A DNA stretch of 64,000 nucleotides, from NCBI RefSeq assembly GCF_964355755.1, contig NC_092673.1, forward strand, positions 30,253,648 through 30,317,647, given 5' to 3'. This stretch comes from Antedon mediterranea. Its lineage: Eukaryota; Animalia; Echinodermata. A model generated the notes under the pieces. It saw nothing but the letters and a program-made list of their open reading frames with translations. It was not told where the DNA came from and made no database searches. This document shows, in pieces, positions 1 to 12,400 of the stretch. A program made the translations under genes and the position numbers. Position 1 is the stretch's first letter. Each line of letters starts with the position of its first letter.

Positions 1-1342
1 TGCTTTTCATTTCTATAGCAATGGCAATAATGTACAATTTTTAAATGTAAACACAATTCCTGGTTAAAACATGGTGCAGATCCAGGGTAGAGTTAAAGAG
101 GGCTACCTCATGCACTTTTTTTGCCAATCCTAGATAACTAGCAGGCAAATTACCTTCATCTAATAGGCTAGGCCTAAATCTTAGTTCATGCCTGCACTTC
201 CCTTTTTTGCGGAAAAAGAACCCCCTGTAAAAATCCTGAGTACGAGCTTGAGTCATAGATATCAAAAAGTAGTTCATAATTTTCATTTTAGCCTCTAGTA
301 CTACTGTACCCTCCTCTCACCCATGTGATTTTGGTATGCTTTGCATAAAGACGGGTCCAAATAACAATTGGGTTACTTTCTATAAAGGTAAATCATAGTA
401 ACCTACTTTTTAATTAATAATTGAATAATGAAAGGCAACCCTGCAAGAGAATCCTGGTTTGAGACAGACAGCCATGATTTGGTTTCATGTCTATAACGAC
501 AAACTTTGCCTGAATCATCCGTTACATTGCGTTTTTTTTAAAACAGAAGTAGTGCATAGTAAAAATCAAATTACTACTTTGCTCATTGAATCACTTTCTT
601 TTTTCACATTTACTAGCAAAAAACACATGATTAGAGAAAACATGATTTCATGGTGCATATGTGATGGTTTGAAACATTGTTAAAATGTATTTGTGCATTT
701 AAGATGATTTTTCAGAGTTTTCAAAGGTTACTTTTCAATTTAGACAAATGAAACTGGGAAAGTCAAAAATAGAGTATCGATTTGGAATAAAACGAACCGT
801 ACAAAAAAGTACTAAAACAATAAAATATGATTTCTGAAATATAGTTATTATGTTAAATGGTAATGATTTTTTTTTCAGTTAATATTTTATAAGTGATGTC
901 ATATTGATTAGGGAATTAGAGATAGTATTTGTGTCCATAAAATTGAATATTCTCTCTTATCAATTAATTGATACAAATTAAATTATGTATTAGTAATTTC
1001 ATAGTTTTTCTGTCATTAATACAATTACGTGGGACATGGTGCCAAACACTCCATCAAGGAGGACAGTAAATTGAATAAATTTTGTATATATGTCATCCCA
1101 TTAGTGACAAAGGAGTTTTTGTAACTTTTATCAATCGAGAAACAAATTTATTATCAATATTAATCTAAAATACATTTCTAAAAATATATTCAATAAGCAT
1201 GTTTACAATTTTGTATTTTATTAAACATAAAAATCATGTCGTTGATAGAGATGATTTAATAGGAAAGAAAATAGATGAAAATGATAATAAAGAAGATGAC
1301 AATGTTGTATTGTGGTAATAAAAATAATTGAAGATGATAATA

Positions 1343-1545
1343 ATATTGATTGATGAAGCAGATGATTCTTGATATAAGGATGTTTGCAAAGTGGTGATAA
1401 CTAGTACCATGATAGAAAGAGGTACAAGATATGATGATAATGATATTGATTGATGAAGCAGATGATTCTTGATATAAGGATGTTTGCAAAGTGGTGATAA
1501 CTAGTACCATGATAGAAAAAGGTACAAGATATGATGATAATGATA
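1343..1545. repeat. Two-copy direct tandem duplication, ~100-bp unit
   Basis: atattgattgatgaagcagatg...ggtacaagatatgatgataatg occurs at ~1343 and ~1443. Confidence 0.85.
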
Positions 1546-2454
1546 ATATAATTTAAATTTTAATCTGATTGTCTGATGATGATAACAAGCATGATAAATG
1601 ATGAAATAGATAATGAGAAGTATAATGGATGATGAGGTCAATAACAATCATTATAGATGGTACTATATAACACCTAAATAAATTCCTGTCATTTGATTGG
1701 ACAATGGTGGTTCACATGGTGTGCAATAGTAGGTACTATTTAACGATCATGTAATAGTTTTTTTTTTCCTTTTTTTGTGTATGAAAAAATATCTGCTTGA
1801 AATCTAATAGCAGCATTGTCTGTTCTAGATCTCACAGAAATTTCATTTTTCATCTTATCAAATTATTTGTACCATTGCATTTATAAACATTCATTATTTG
1901 TATACTGAATGGTGACATTTTCAGATGATGAAATATAGATACTGTACTACTGTATAATAATACAAATTAGTGGTGCAGAGGATAAACTATTATGATTGAT
2001 GATTATGAATGACATATGACAATAATGATGATGATGTTGAGTGGTAAAAACAATAATAAGATGAGATAGAAACAGAAAAAAAGTAGCAATGAAACTTTTT
2101 CTAGGTAATTGTAGTTCTACAAGCAATTTAAAACATAATTAATATGTTCTATATTTATTAATATTTATTTTTAATAAATGTTAAAGTAGTTATAGCATTT
2201 AAAAAGGCATAAAATACCCATTTGTATGTAAAATTCATTTACTATGCTTTTAAAATAAATTGCAATCCTTTTTTAGGATTATAGAAGGTTATTATTGTAT
2301 GTTGCAGTAATTTACAGCGACTCCCATGTGAATCACATACTATACATAAGCAAGCTATTGTAATGTTAAATAATCTGACCTTTAAAGGATATTATTAATA
2401 AATGGAAAGTCCAAAAACAATAAAAACAGACTACTGATAACGAGAATCATACAA

Positions 2455-4185
2455 TACTGATGATTTTGCTGACATTGATGGTGACAATTATGGTGTGGTG
2501 ATGATTTTGCTGACATTGATGGTGACAATTATGGTGTGGTGATGATTTTGCTGACGTTGATGGTGACAATTATGGTGTGGTGATGATTTTGCTGACTTTG
2601 ATGGTGACAATTATGGTGTGGTGATGATTTTGCTGACATTGATGGTGACAATTATGGTGTGGTGATGATTTTGCTGACTTTGATGGTGACAATTATGGTG
2701 TGGTGATGATTTTGCTGACTTTGATGGTGACAATTATGGTGTGGTGATGATTTTGCTGACATTGATGGTGACAATTATGGTGTGGTGATGATTTTGCTGA
2801 CTTTGATGGTGACAATTTTAGCATGATGTTGATGACATTGATAGTGACAATATTGGCATGGTGCTGTTGATGACATTGATAGTAGCAATGTTGGCATGAT
2901 GCTGTTGGTGACATTGATGGTGACAATGTTGGCATGGTGTTGGTGACATTGGTGGTAAAAATGTTGGCATGATGTTGGTGGCATTGATGGTGACAATTTT
3001 AGCATGATGTTGATGACATTGATAGCGACAATATTGGCATGGTGCTGTTGATGACATTGATAGTAGCAATGTTGGCATGGTGATATTGATGACATTGATA
3101 GTGACAATATTGGCATGGTGTTGGTGACATTGGTGGTAAAAATGTTGGCACACGATGTTGGTGGCATTGATAGTAACAATGTTGGCATGGTGATGTTGAT
3201 GACATTGATGGTAACAATGTTGGCATGGTGATGTTGGTGACATTGATGGTAACAATGTTGGCATGGTGATGTTGATGACATTCATAGTGAAAATGTTGGC
3301 ATGGTGTTGGTGACATTGGTGGTAAAAATGTTGGCACGATGTTGGTGACATTGATGGTAACAATGTTGGCATGGTGATGTTGATGACATTGATGGTAACA
3401 ATGTTCGCATGGTGATGTTGGTGACATTGATGGTGACAATTTTGGCATGCTGTAGTGTTGATGACATTGATAGTGACAATGTTGGCATGGTGATGTTGAT
3501 GACATTGATAGTAACAATGTTGGCATGGTGATGTCACAGGGAAAAATTTCATTTTAAAATTTTGTTTAGCATTATTGCTAATCAAACTGATTTTTAGGCG
3601 AGAAACATAGTTTTGTATTGTCTTTTTTGCTACATAATTTTAGAAATGTGTAGCAATAAGGTTGTTTTGTATAGCTTTTTGCTATGCTACACTGGCGAAA
3701 TTATTCCCTGGTCATGTTGATGACATTGATAGTGACAATGTTGGCATGGTATTGATGGTGACAATGTTGGCATGGTGTAGTGTTGATGACATTGCTAGTG
3801 GCAATGCTGGCATGGTTATGATGGTGACAATGTTGGCATGATGATGTTGATGACATTGATAGTGACAATATTGGCATGATGTTGATGACATTGATGGTGA
3901 CAATGTTGGCATGGTGCTGTTGGTGACATTGATGGTGACAATGTTTGCATGGTGTAGTGTTGATGACATTGATAGTGACAATGTTGCTGACATTGATGTG
4001 GCAATGCTGGCATGGTGCTGCTGGTGACATTGGTGGTGACAATGTTGGCATGGTGTAGTGTTGATGACATTGATGGTGACAATGTTGGCATGGTGTAGTG
4101 TTGATGACATTGATAGTGACAATGTTGGCATGGTATTGATAGTGACAATGTTGGCATGATGTTGGTGACATTGATGGTGACAATG
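2455..4185. repeat. Intronic minisatellite: 41-bp units grading into 35-41-bp variants
   Basis: The unit tgatgattttgctgacattgatggtgacaattatggtgtgg (period 41) runs to ~2815. Units of the type aatgttggcatggtgatgttgatgacattgatggtaac (period ~38) follow. A MITE interrupts the array at 3537-3710. Confidence 0.95.
3537..3710. mobile_element. Small TIR element (MITE) inserted in the minisatellite
   Basis: Termini cagggaaaaatttc / gaaattattccctg; flanked by GTCA on both sides (3533-3536, 3711-3714). Confidence 0.6.
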
Positions 4186-4320
4186 TTAATTCATTGTGGG
4201 CATGCAGAGATATTGGGACATGTGTCCTCACTCCTCACAGGTTTGTAGGTCTAGACAACGACCGACCGATTGACCTGAGCTAGGTTCGTCGATGGTTTTC
4301 GCAAATCGAAAGCTCCCTAA
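4186..4320. mobile_element. Partial MITE, same family as 55897-56086 in the opposite orientation
   Basis: Ends in gcaaatcgaaagctccctaa. The internal segments attgacctgagctaggtt and atattgggac match the reverse complement of 55897-56045. Confidence 0.65.
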
Positions 4321-4625
4321 TGTTGGTGACAATGATGTTGGTGACAATGATGTTGGTGACAATGATGTTGGTGACAATGATGTTGGTGACAATGATGTTG
4401 GTGACAATGATGTTGGTGACAATGATGTTGGTGACAATGATGTTGGTGACAATGATGTTGGTGACAATGATGTTGGTGACAATGATGTTGGTGACAATGA
4501 TGTTGGTGACAATGATGTTGGTGACAATGATGTTAGTGACAATGATGTTGGTGACAATGATGTTGGTGACAATTATGTTGGTGACAATTATGTTGGTGAC
4601 AATTATGTTGGTGACACTGGTGACA
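4321..4625. repeat. 15-bp tandem repeat (tgttggtgacaatga)n
   Basis: About 20 near-perfect copies; they generate the repetitive ORFs at 4228-4723. Confidence 0.97.
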
Positions 4626-4688
4626 ATGTTAATGTTAATGACAATAACAATGACAAACTGAAGTTGACAATTCGAGGTCAAGGATTAA

Positions 4689-5016
4689 AGATATATTGTC
4701 CCACTAAAAAAATATTTTTTTAAATTTTGTTGTTTTGTTTATGTTATTTTAATGTCACATAGTAGTTATTCACTCTCACAAAATATTGGGTCTGAAAAAT
4801 TTTTATTTACCTGAGAAAAATGTAATTTAAAGCAAAAAATGGTCAAATTGTCTGGATAATTTAACTGTTTATTTTGTCTTTTTATAGGTGAAATCATTTT
4901 TTCCCCTGTTTTTTTTCTTATGGAAGTGAACAACTTCATTAAAACTGCAAAATGGCCTATTCAAAGTCCAATTTTAAAAATCTTTATTTTTCATGATTTT
5001 GGGGGACAATACATCT
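4689..5016. mobile_element. Kolobok-like non-autonomous DNA transposon
   Basis: TIRs agat(a/g)tattgtccc / gggacaatacatct with AG...CT ends, flanked by TTAA. Other copies at 30297, 38612 and 56756. Confidence 0.75.
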
Positions 5017-5548
5017 TTAACAATGAAGGTCTTAATTTCAATGATGGAAACTAAAAATAGGCCTAAATAGTAAAATTCACTTATCATTTCCAAACAAAAT
5101 CCAAAACTCACGACAATAATACAAGCTTTAAAAAGAAACTTGATATTTAGAATGTTAGTTTCAAGGACATAATATCAGACAATTTCTAAATGAATCAATT
5201 TAACTTCCTAGATTAACTAAATTGAAAATATCAAAATAATCTTTCATGAAATTATGTACAAGAGTAAAAACAAATTAAATGCTAGTAATGTTGTTGAACA
5301 GTATCTGTCGTTGCAATGATATATGAAGCCGTCACATTTCTCTATCAATCTTAAGTACACTCCCTGGAGCAATACAGACTAACCAGTTTCATGCCTTAGG
5401 CTCATGGGTGTTTAGTTGCAGGGCCTAGGGGAGTATATCCTGTATCATTTTACAGTCTGATGGGTGTAATGTATCCCAATTTTCTCCATAACATAATCTA
5501 TGAATTAATCTAAACCATTATTGGAGTTTAGTCAACAATATTTTGTTT

Positions 5549-5716
5549 ATTGAAAATATTGTTTTTTTCAAACCAATAATTAGTAAAAACTAACCTTGAC
5601 AGTTTCGCTGTCCTGATCGGACAGCTTCTTCAGAAATAATGACGATCTATCATCAAACAGATTGACCTCTAGAGTTTTTATTAATTATTGGTTTGAAAAA
5701 AAGAATATTTTCAATA
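5549..5716. mobile_element. Penelope-like element remnant with inverted arms around a hammerhead motif
   Basis: A ~43-bp inverted repeat (attgaaaatattgtttttttcaaaccaataattagtaaaaact / agtttttattaattattggtttgaaaaaaagaatattttcaat) encloses a hammerhead core. Confidence 0.55.
5598..5633 (-). ncRNA. Minimal (Penelope-type) hammerhead ribozyme motif
   Basis: The minus strand reads CUGAAGA-A-GCUGUCC-GAUCA-GGACAGC-GAAAC-UGUC: CUGANGA box, perfect 7-bp helix II, GAAA box and a GUC cleavage triplet. Helix I pairing is weak. Confidence 0.6.
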
Positions 5717-6246
5717 TACTTATACTAACAAACCAGATGAACATTTTCAATCATAATATTTTGTTTATGCTAAAGTGATTGATTATCTTTGTTGACTTCA
5801 CTACTTAATTAATTTTGTAATTGACAAGTTTAAGTGCATGTGTGGATAGTCGTTTTTGGTTTGTTAATTTGTAAATACTGCCACTGAATGTTATGATTAT
5901 TATTACAAATGATATTTCTGAACATTCACTGCAGCAGGATCCAGCAATAGAGGGTGCTACTGTATATAATGTTGATTCTGTGTCAAAAGTAAATTGTTTC
6001 TACTATCGCTATTATAGCGGCTACTATATAAACATTTCTGCAATGTCTTATTTCCAGAGTAACATGGTGAACCGTGTTTTAGCATTTCAAAGGGAAGACA
6101 CTTCATGTGTAACACTCTTAGCAGGGAAATGATTATGTTTGACTTTCTTATTTTCTGGAATATGAAAATGTTTAACTGCAAGCTGTTACTCAAACAATTC
6201 TTTACTTCATATCAAATGATAAACAATACTGAACTACAAAAAAAAG

Positions 6247-6314
6247 CGCTGAAACACCGGTTCTCGTCAGATCATCGAAGTTTAGCAACGTTGGGTGCGG
6301 TTGTGTTCTGGATG
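6247..6314 (+). pseudogene. 5S rRNA-derived fragment (pseudogene or SINE3 head)
   Basis: caccggttctcgtcagatcatcgaagtttagcaacgttgggtgcggttg...ggatg matches the central part of invertebrate 5S rRNA; both ends are missing. Confidence 0.75.
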
Positions 6315-6407
6315 ATCCAAGTGTATATAAAAAGTTTAGTATTAATATGTGCAGTGCTGTCTACATAAACTAAAGCGCAGAAAAAAACAAACAAGTTTTT
6401 GGCTTAC

Positions 6408-9400
6408 CTCTTTGTCCAAGTTTGGCTTCTGACACGCATCTACCCGTCTTTCGATGGTCTTCAGGTAGTTCAGGATCTTCTGAGCTTGTGAATTGCTGTC
6501 GGCTACCTCTGCTTTGATCTTTACTTGGGTGTTGGTTAACCATCGGGTGAGTTTCTCAATAAATGTCAGGTCAAATAAGTGATTCTTAAATCTGAAATTT
6601 TTCAAAAGGCTTCTTTATTAAGTTATTTTAGAGAAATGAAATATTAGAAGTAAGCAATGCTTGTAAGCAAAACAATTAATAAGTAAACAATGGGCCTTAA
6701 AGATGTATTTAGACACGAAATAATATTGTAGACATCCACAAGCATAGATTATTTACAAGATAGACTCTCCTACTTTATGTTACACAAAATGGAGGTAAGA
6801 TTGCCCTTGTCTGGTCTTTATATCAATAAAAGACATAGATTACCTGTCTTCAAACTTGGTAGCAATCTCCGAAGCTTGCTGTAGACGTCTGGATTCCATC
6901 CCTTCAAGGTCTGCCATGACAAACCCTTCTGATGAATCAATTTTGGTGGCAAGCTTTTCCAACCGTTTCTTGTAACCATCAGTCTCTTCCGGACAAAAGT
7001 TACCTCCATCAGAAAACAATCTTACAAAAAAAAAAACATTTGATTGCATTAATTCATGTAGTAAAACATCAAGAAATAAAAGTTTGACAACAACATTTAT
7101 ATTATATTAGCAGAAAATGATAAATAACATTAGTGGCACAATGACATTACAAAAACATTAGTGGCACAATGACATTACAAAAACATTAGTGGGACAATGA
7201 CATTACAAAAACATTAGTGGCACAATGAGATTACAAAAACATTAGTGGGACAATGACATTACAAAAACATTAGTGGGACAATGACATTACAAAAACATTA
7301 GTGGGACAATGACATTACAAAAACATTAGTGGGACAATGACATTACAAAAACATTAGTGGCACAATGACATTACAAAACATTAGTGGCACAATGACATTA
7401 CAAAAACATTAGTGGCACAATGACATTACAAAAATATTAGTGGCACAATGACATTACAAAAACATAGTGGCACAATGACATTACAAAAACATTAGTGGCA
7501 CAATGACATTACAAAAACATTAGTGGGACAATGACATTACAAAAACATTAGTGGCACAATGACATTACAAAAACATTAGTGGGACAATGACATTACAAAA
7601 ACATTAGTGGGACAATGACATTACAAAAACATTAGTGGCACAATGACATTACAAAAACATTAGTGGGACAATGACATTACAAAAACATTAGTGGCACAAT
7701 GACATTACAAAAACATTAGTGGCACAATGACATTACAAAAACATTAGTGGCACAATGACATTACAAAAACATTAGTGGCACAATGACATTACAAAAACAT
7801 TAGTGGCACAATGACATTACAAAAACATTAGTGGCACAATGACATTACAAAAACATTAGTGGCACAATGACATTACAAAAACATTAGTGGGACAATGACA
7901 TTGGTGGGACAATGACATTCCAATGACATTGGTGGGACAATGACATTCCAATGACATTGGTGGGAAGTAGGACAATAACACTACAATGGCATTGGTGGGA
8001 CAATGACATTACAATGGCATTGGTGAGACAATGACATTGATGGGACAATGACAGTACAATGGCATTGGTGGGACAATGATATTACAATGACATTGATGAG
8101 GCAATGATATTACATTGGCATTGGTGGGACAATGACATTACAATGACATTGGTGGGACAATGATATTGGTGGGATAATGGCATTGGTGGGACAATGACAT
8201 TGATGGGATAATGATATTACAATGACATTGGTGGGACAATGATATTGGTGGGATAATGGCATTGGTGGGACAATGACATTGATGGGATAATGATATTACA
8301 ATGACATTGGTGGGACAATGACATTATTGGGACAATGACATTACAATGACAAAACATACTTACTTGAAAGACATAATGAACCTGGCATTTGATTCACGCA
8401 ACATTTGCAACGTGTCATCCAAGTACTGGCGGAACTTGCGTAAGGAAGCCCGGATCACCTGCATGTAACTGTCAAGTTTTGTGCTAACTTGAGTTGACAA
8501 AACCGACAACCTGTAAATAACAAGTAAGCACTTAAATCATTTTGATGTGTTTTTTTTATCATGACAATAGAAATTGTGTGTTCTGAAGAAGATGAAACAG
8601 GTATCCTGGCTATTAATTTTCACCACAAATAATGAGAAATTAGTTTGATTTGGTGTTAAGCTTTTTCTACACTACACTTGTTTGACAAAAAAGTGTGATT
8701 TGCCCAAATATGGTCGTGATATACTCAAATATGGTAGTGATATGACATCATGTCATATGGGCACATCGCAGTTTTCTTTTCACATAAGGTTTGATGGTGC
8801 AGACAGAGCATTAGTCAACTCTCCAACCAGAGACCTAGAACCTACAATAGAAGTCCTGAAGGTCTCACATTTTTATACCTTATAAATTTACATTTGTTAT
8901 ACTTTTCAGGCAAGCCTCCAATGAGTGTGACTTGGGTATCATAAATGTTCTTTCAGTACTTACATAGAAGATTTCGTGGCATTGACAAAAATTGATTCTA
9001 AAGAATCAATTTCCTCTCTAAAATTATCCGCCAACTTGTCATGTTCAAGTTGCATGTTAATGAAGCGATCTTTACAGTCTTTTAAAGCAGAGGTAATCCC
9101 TCTGGAATGACGACTGACACGCTCCTGATGCATCACCAACTCTGCTGCTCTCACGTTGTGGATGTCGAGCTCTGCACGCCGGCAACGAGGGCCGTGTAAA
9201 TGTAATCGTAAGTCAAGTTCACTGTTTAACTCCTCAATCTTTAGTAACAAAAGAAAACACATTTATTGTATTCCTTTTCACACACAGCATTGCAAAACTA
9301 GTCATAGAATCTATGACGATACAGATTAGTTCTCTATTCAAAAAACTGTTCCAATCACTGACAAAGCAGTTCCAGATATTTATGGTATGAAAACAAAAGA

Positions 9401-12400
9401 AATCGTACCTTAGCAGCAACCACACTGCTAGCCCGTTCAACAGCTTGGACAGACCATTCCTCAAGATTGTCAATAAAGGCCATTCTCATTCTGCGAAATA
9501 AATAATTTCATTAATTTTGTTTTTATTAATATTTTATTCAGATAGCAAGCTAAAACCTTAGATTTCATTCTAGTTTGATTTTTGATGAAATTAACTTTAA
9601 TTCCAAAATAGTGAATGGAATTGAAAACTTACTCTTTTCTGACGTGCTGGAACAACTCCTGGTCAATAAGGACCTTCTCCACCACAGGAAGCAGATAACT
9701 TGAAGCTGGAGACTTCTCTAATGATGGCAAATCCAATATATCTTCATCTTTATCTGTTTGTTGAGAAGCATCTTCAGCAGATGTGAGAACGTAAAATGTT
9801 GTTCCTTGCTTCGAGGAAAGTACCTCTTTAACACAAAGTTGGGCGGGGTAGGAAGACGTACCTACTACAGAGTCTCGAGAAATTACAGACACACTCTGTA
9901 AATACAACACAATTCGCAATCAGTCTTTGGAAGGAAAATTTGAAATTTAGCGTTCCTAAAGAGCCAACAATATCGGCTGGTGGTGAAATAATTCTTCTCG
10001 GAAGGACTATAAGATGCAGGTCAAGTGTACAGTTTGCCTGTGTGCCACTTTAAAGAACCCAAGTTCATCATTTGAGATGAAAAGCGGGTTACGCTGGTGA
10101 ACAGGTTGACAAAATAGCCCCTGTGTCAGGGGATTCTCACCTATCTGATAGGACAGTTACTACAATGTAAATATAAAAAACAACTGATTGGCATTGGTTC
10201 ACTGATTGAAATTGGTTAACTGATTAGTAAAACAAGTAAAATTAAACAAATTAATAAAAAACTTGAATAACACACAATAGTATTAACAGCTAAAAATAAA
10301 AAAAACAATAAAGGTGGAATAAATAACAATTAAAAGACAAAGCAAATTTAAAAAATATTATAATAGTAAAAAAAAAACAATGTAATATAAATTATGTAAA
10401 AATAAAGTAATAGCAAAATGTCTACAACTTTTCTCTTTATCTTACCCTCTTCATTATTTTCTTCCATTTGTGTTTGTATTCAGGTAACAATGTCTGACAT
10501 AAACATATATATTACTTGAAACCTCACGTTAAGGTTGTGTGTTTTCATTTTTTTTTTTTTTTTTTTTTTTTTTTTATTTCATTTCATCACATACATAATA
10601 CAAAATTAATATATAAAGGCAACGTAACTATTAAAACGAAATAATACTCTCTCAAAAATAAGAGAGTAATAAAAAAAAAAAAAAAAAAAAAAAAAATATA
10701 GGATTATATATAATTATAGGATTTCATACGTTTAAAATTAAATCTACTTTTCTAAATATTAAAAATATCCAATTAAATCAGTATACATTAAATAAAACGT
10801 TTTTATGTACAGTATTTTTTAAGAACCTAATTTCAGGAAAAAAATATTCATCATCATCGTTCACCGAAATCATTAAATGTATGAGAAAGAGAACTAACCC
10901 CAGTTTTGGAAAGCCTTCTGCTGTCGGTTGGACTTGGTGTAGCTTGGTTACGAGAGCTAGACCTTTGTTGTTTTCTTAGTCTACTCTGCTCAGCACTCTC
11001 TTCTTTCTTTTTCTTTTCCTAAAAACAAATTATTTGCATAGAAAAATTTCAAAATAGATGCCATGGTGTTATTCTAGAACATCAGCATCTACAGTAAATA
11101 GGTGTTATGCCACTTGCTTTATGTAAATCAAATTGAACATTAATGTTTCGTTTTCATGCGGCTATGCGCATATTGATTGGCATATAGTTGTATGGAGCAC
11201 AGTATGGAAACGTGCTGGAAAAGCTTTGAAAGACCCAAGTGTGCCATATGTTGATGTGCATTGTAAAAAATGTGTAACCAATTAATTTTTTGTCTTCAGT
11301 TAAACAAGTAGTAAAACCTGGATAATGGGATGGTTTTTTTGTATTCAAAACAATAGTGAGAAATCTCCTCTATCTCCATAGGGAGAAAAGAAACTGTGAC
11401 GAAAGTGTGATGTGCCCAAATATGGTAGTGATTTGACATCATGATGTCTATATATGGGCACATCACAATTTTTCTGTCGAACTAGTTGGTAGACAGAGCT
11501 TTAGACTTACAGTTGGATGAAGTCTGTCCACTTCGAAAAACTTGCAGACGGATTTGTCATAACGCTTTAACTCATCCTGTACCATGCCTGGGTATTGTTT
11601 GACAATGCTGAACTGTTGCTCATGGAATGTATCATAGCTGCAAATAATATAGATTTGAAAAGTGAGGTTGCAAACAAAATTGAGCTGCCAAAAAAAACAG
11701 TCATTGAAGCTACAGTCTGATAGTATACTTGATGTTTTTGATACTTGAACAATCCGTGGATCAAGAGGTTTTTTTAAGGTTGTATTCTCAAAATTAGTCA
11801 TGAATCAACTATAACAAAAATAAGTAATTTCAAAACCCATGCAAGAACTTAGAACAACTGTGGAAATGTGCAGTTTGTTTTTCCGTGTTCTGGACCCCAA
11901 TTGAATTAAGTATTTTACTTTTTGGGGATTTCCATTTAACTCGAGCCTTACTGTTGTACTGATTGATTGTATTGTTTGTAACTCCTGTGGAGTAGCTTTG
12001 CGTCAGGGTGTTGAGTAATTGGTCAGATGTTTACAATGTAAATATTTATATTGTATGTATTTGTGTGACTCTGGTTAATCAATAAAATCAATCAATGAAA
12101 ACTTGTAATAAACCATCTTCTTACCTGCTTTTGATGTTGTCCAGTGCTAGCATAGCCTTAGACAGTTTATCCTTAAGTGTATCTTCTGTGGCTTCTTGTC
12201 TCATCCTGTCCATTACAATATCTAGATTTGCTTCCATATCCTGTAAAGTTAACAAGCACAAATGTGATAAAATATTCTGGGACATGGGACACTAGTTTAC
12301 TCCAAGCATATGATATCATCTATACACAGTGAGTGAAGAGAGAGAGAGACATAAGTATTTAATACAAAGTGTGCTTTGAGGAAAACAGGTAGCAATATTG

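Noticed and set aside
41-286. 81-aa ORF as a further CCDC180 exon
   Set aside because: No convincing match to the expected next CCDC180 segment; the right part looks like a repeat terminus.
2693-4723. His/Cys/Gln-rich and SPTSL/VGDND repeat ORFs
   Set aside because: They are translations of minisatellites that are open in several frames, with no splice or homology support.
7127-7900. CRISPR-like 28-bp repeat array
   Set aside because: The units are head-to-tail with no unique spacers, no cas genes are present, and the array lies in a eukaryotic intron.
11924-11933. GGGGATTTCC kB consensus in a CCDC180 intron
   Set aside because: It is a single site far from any TSS. It shows that lone kB matches arise by chance, so only clustered or duplicated sites were reported.
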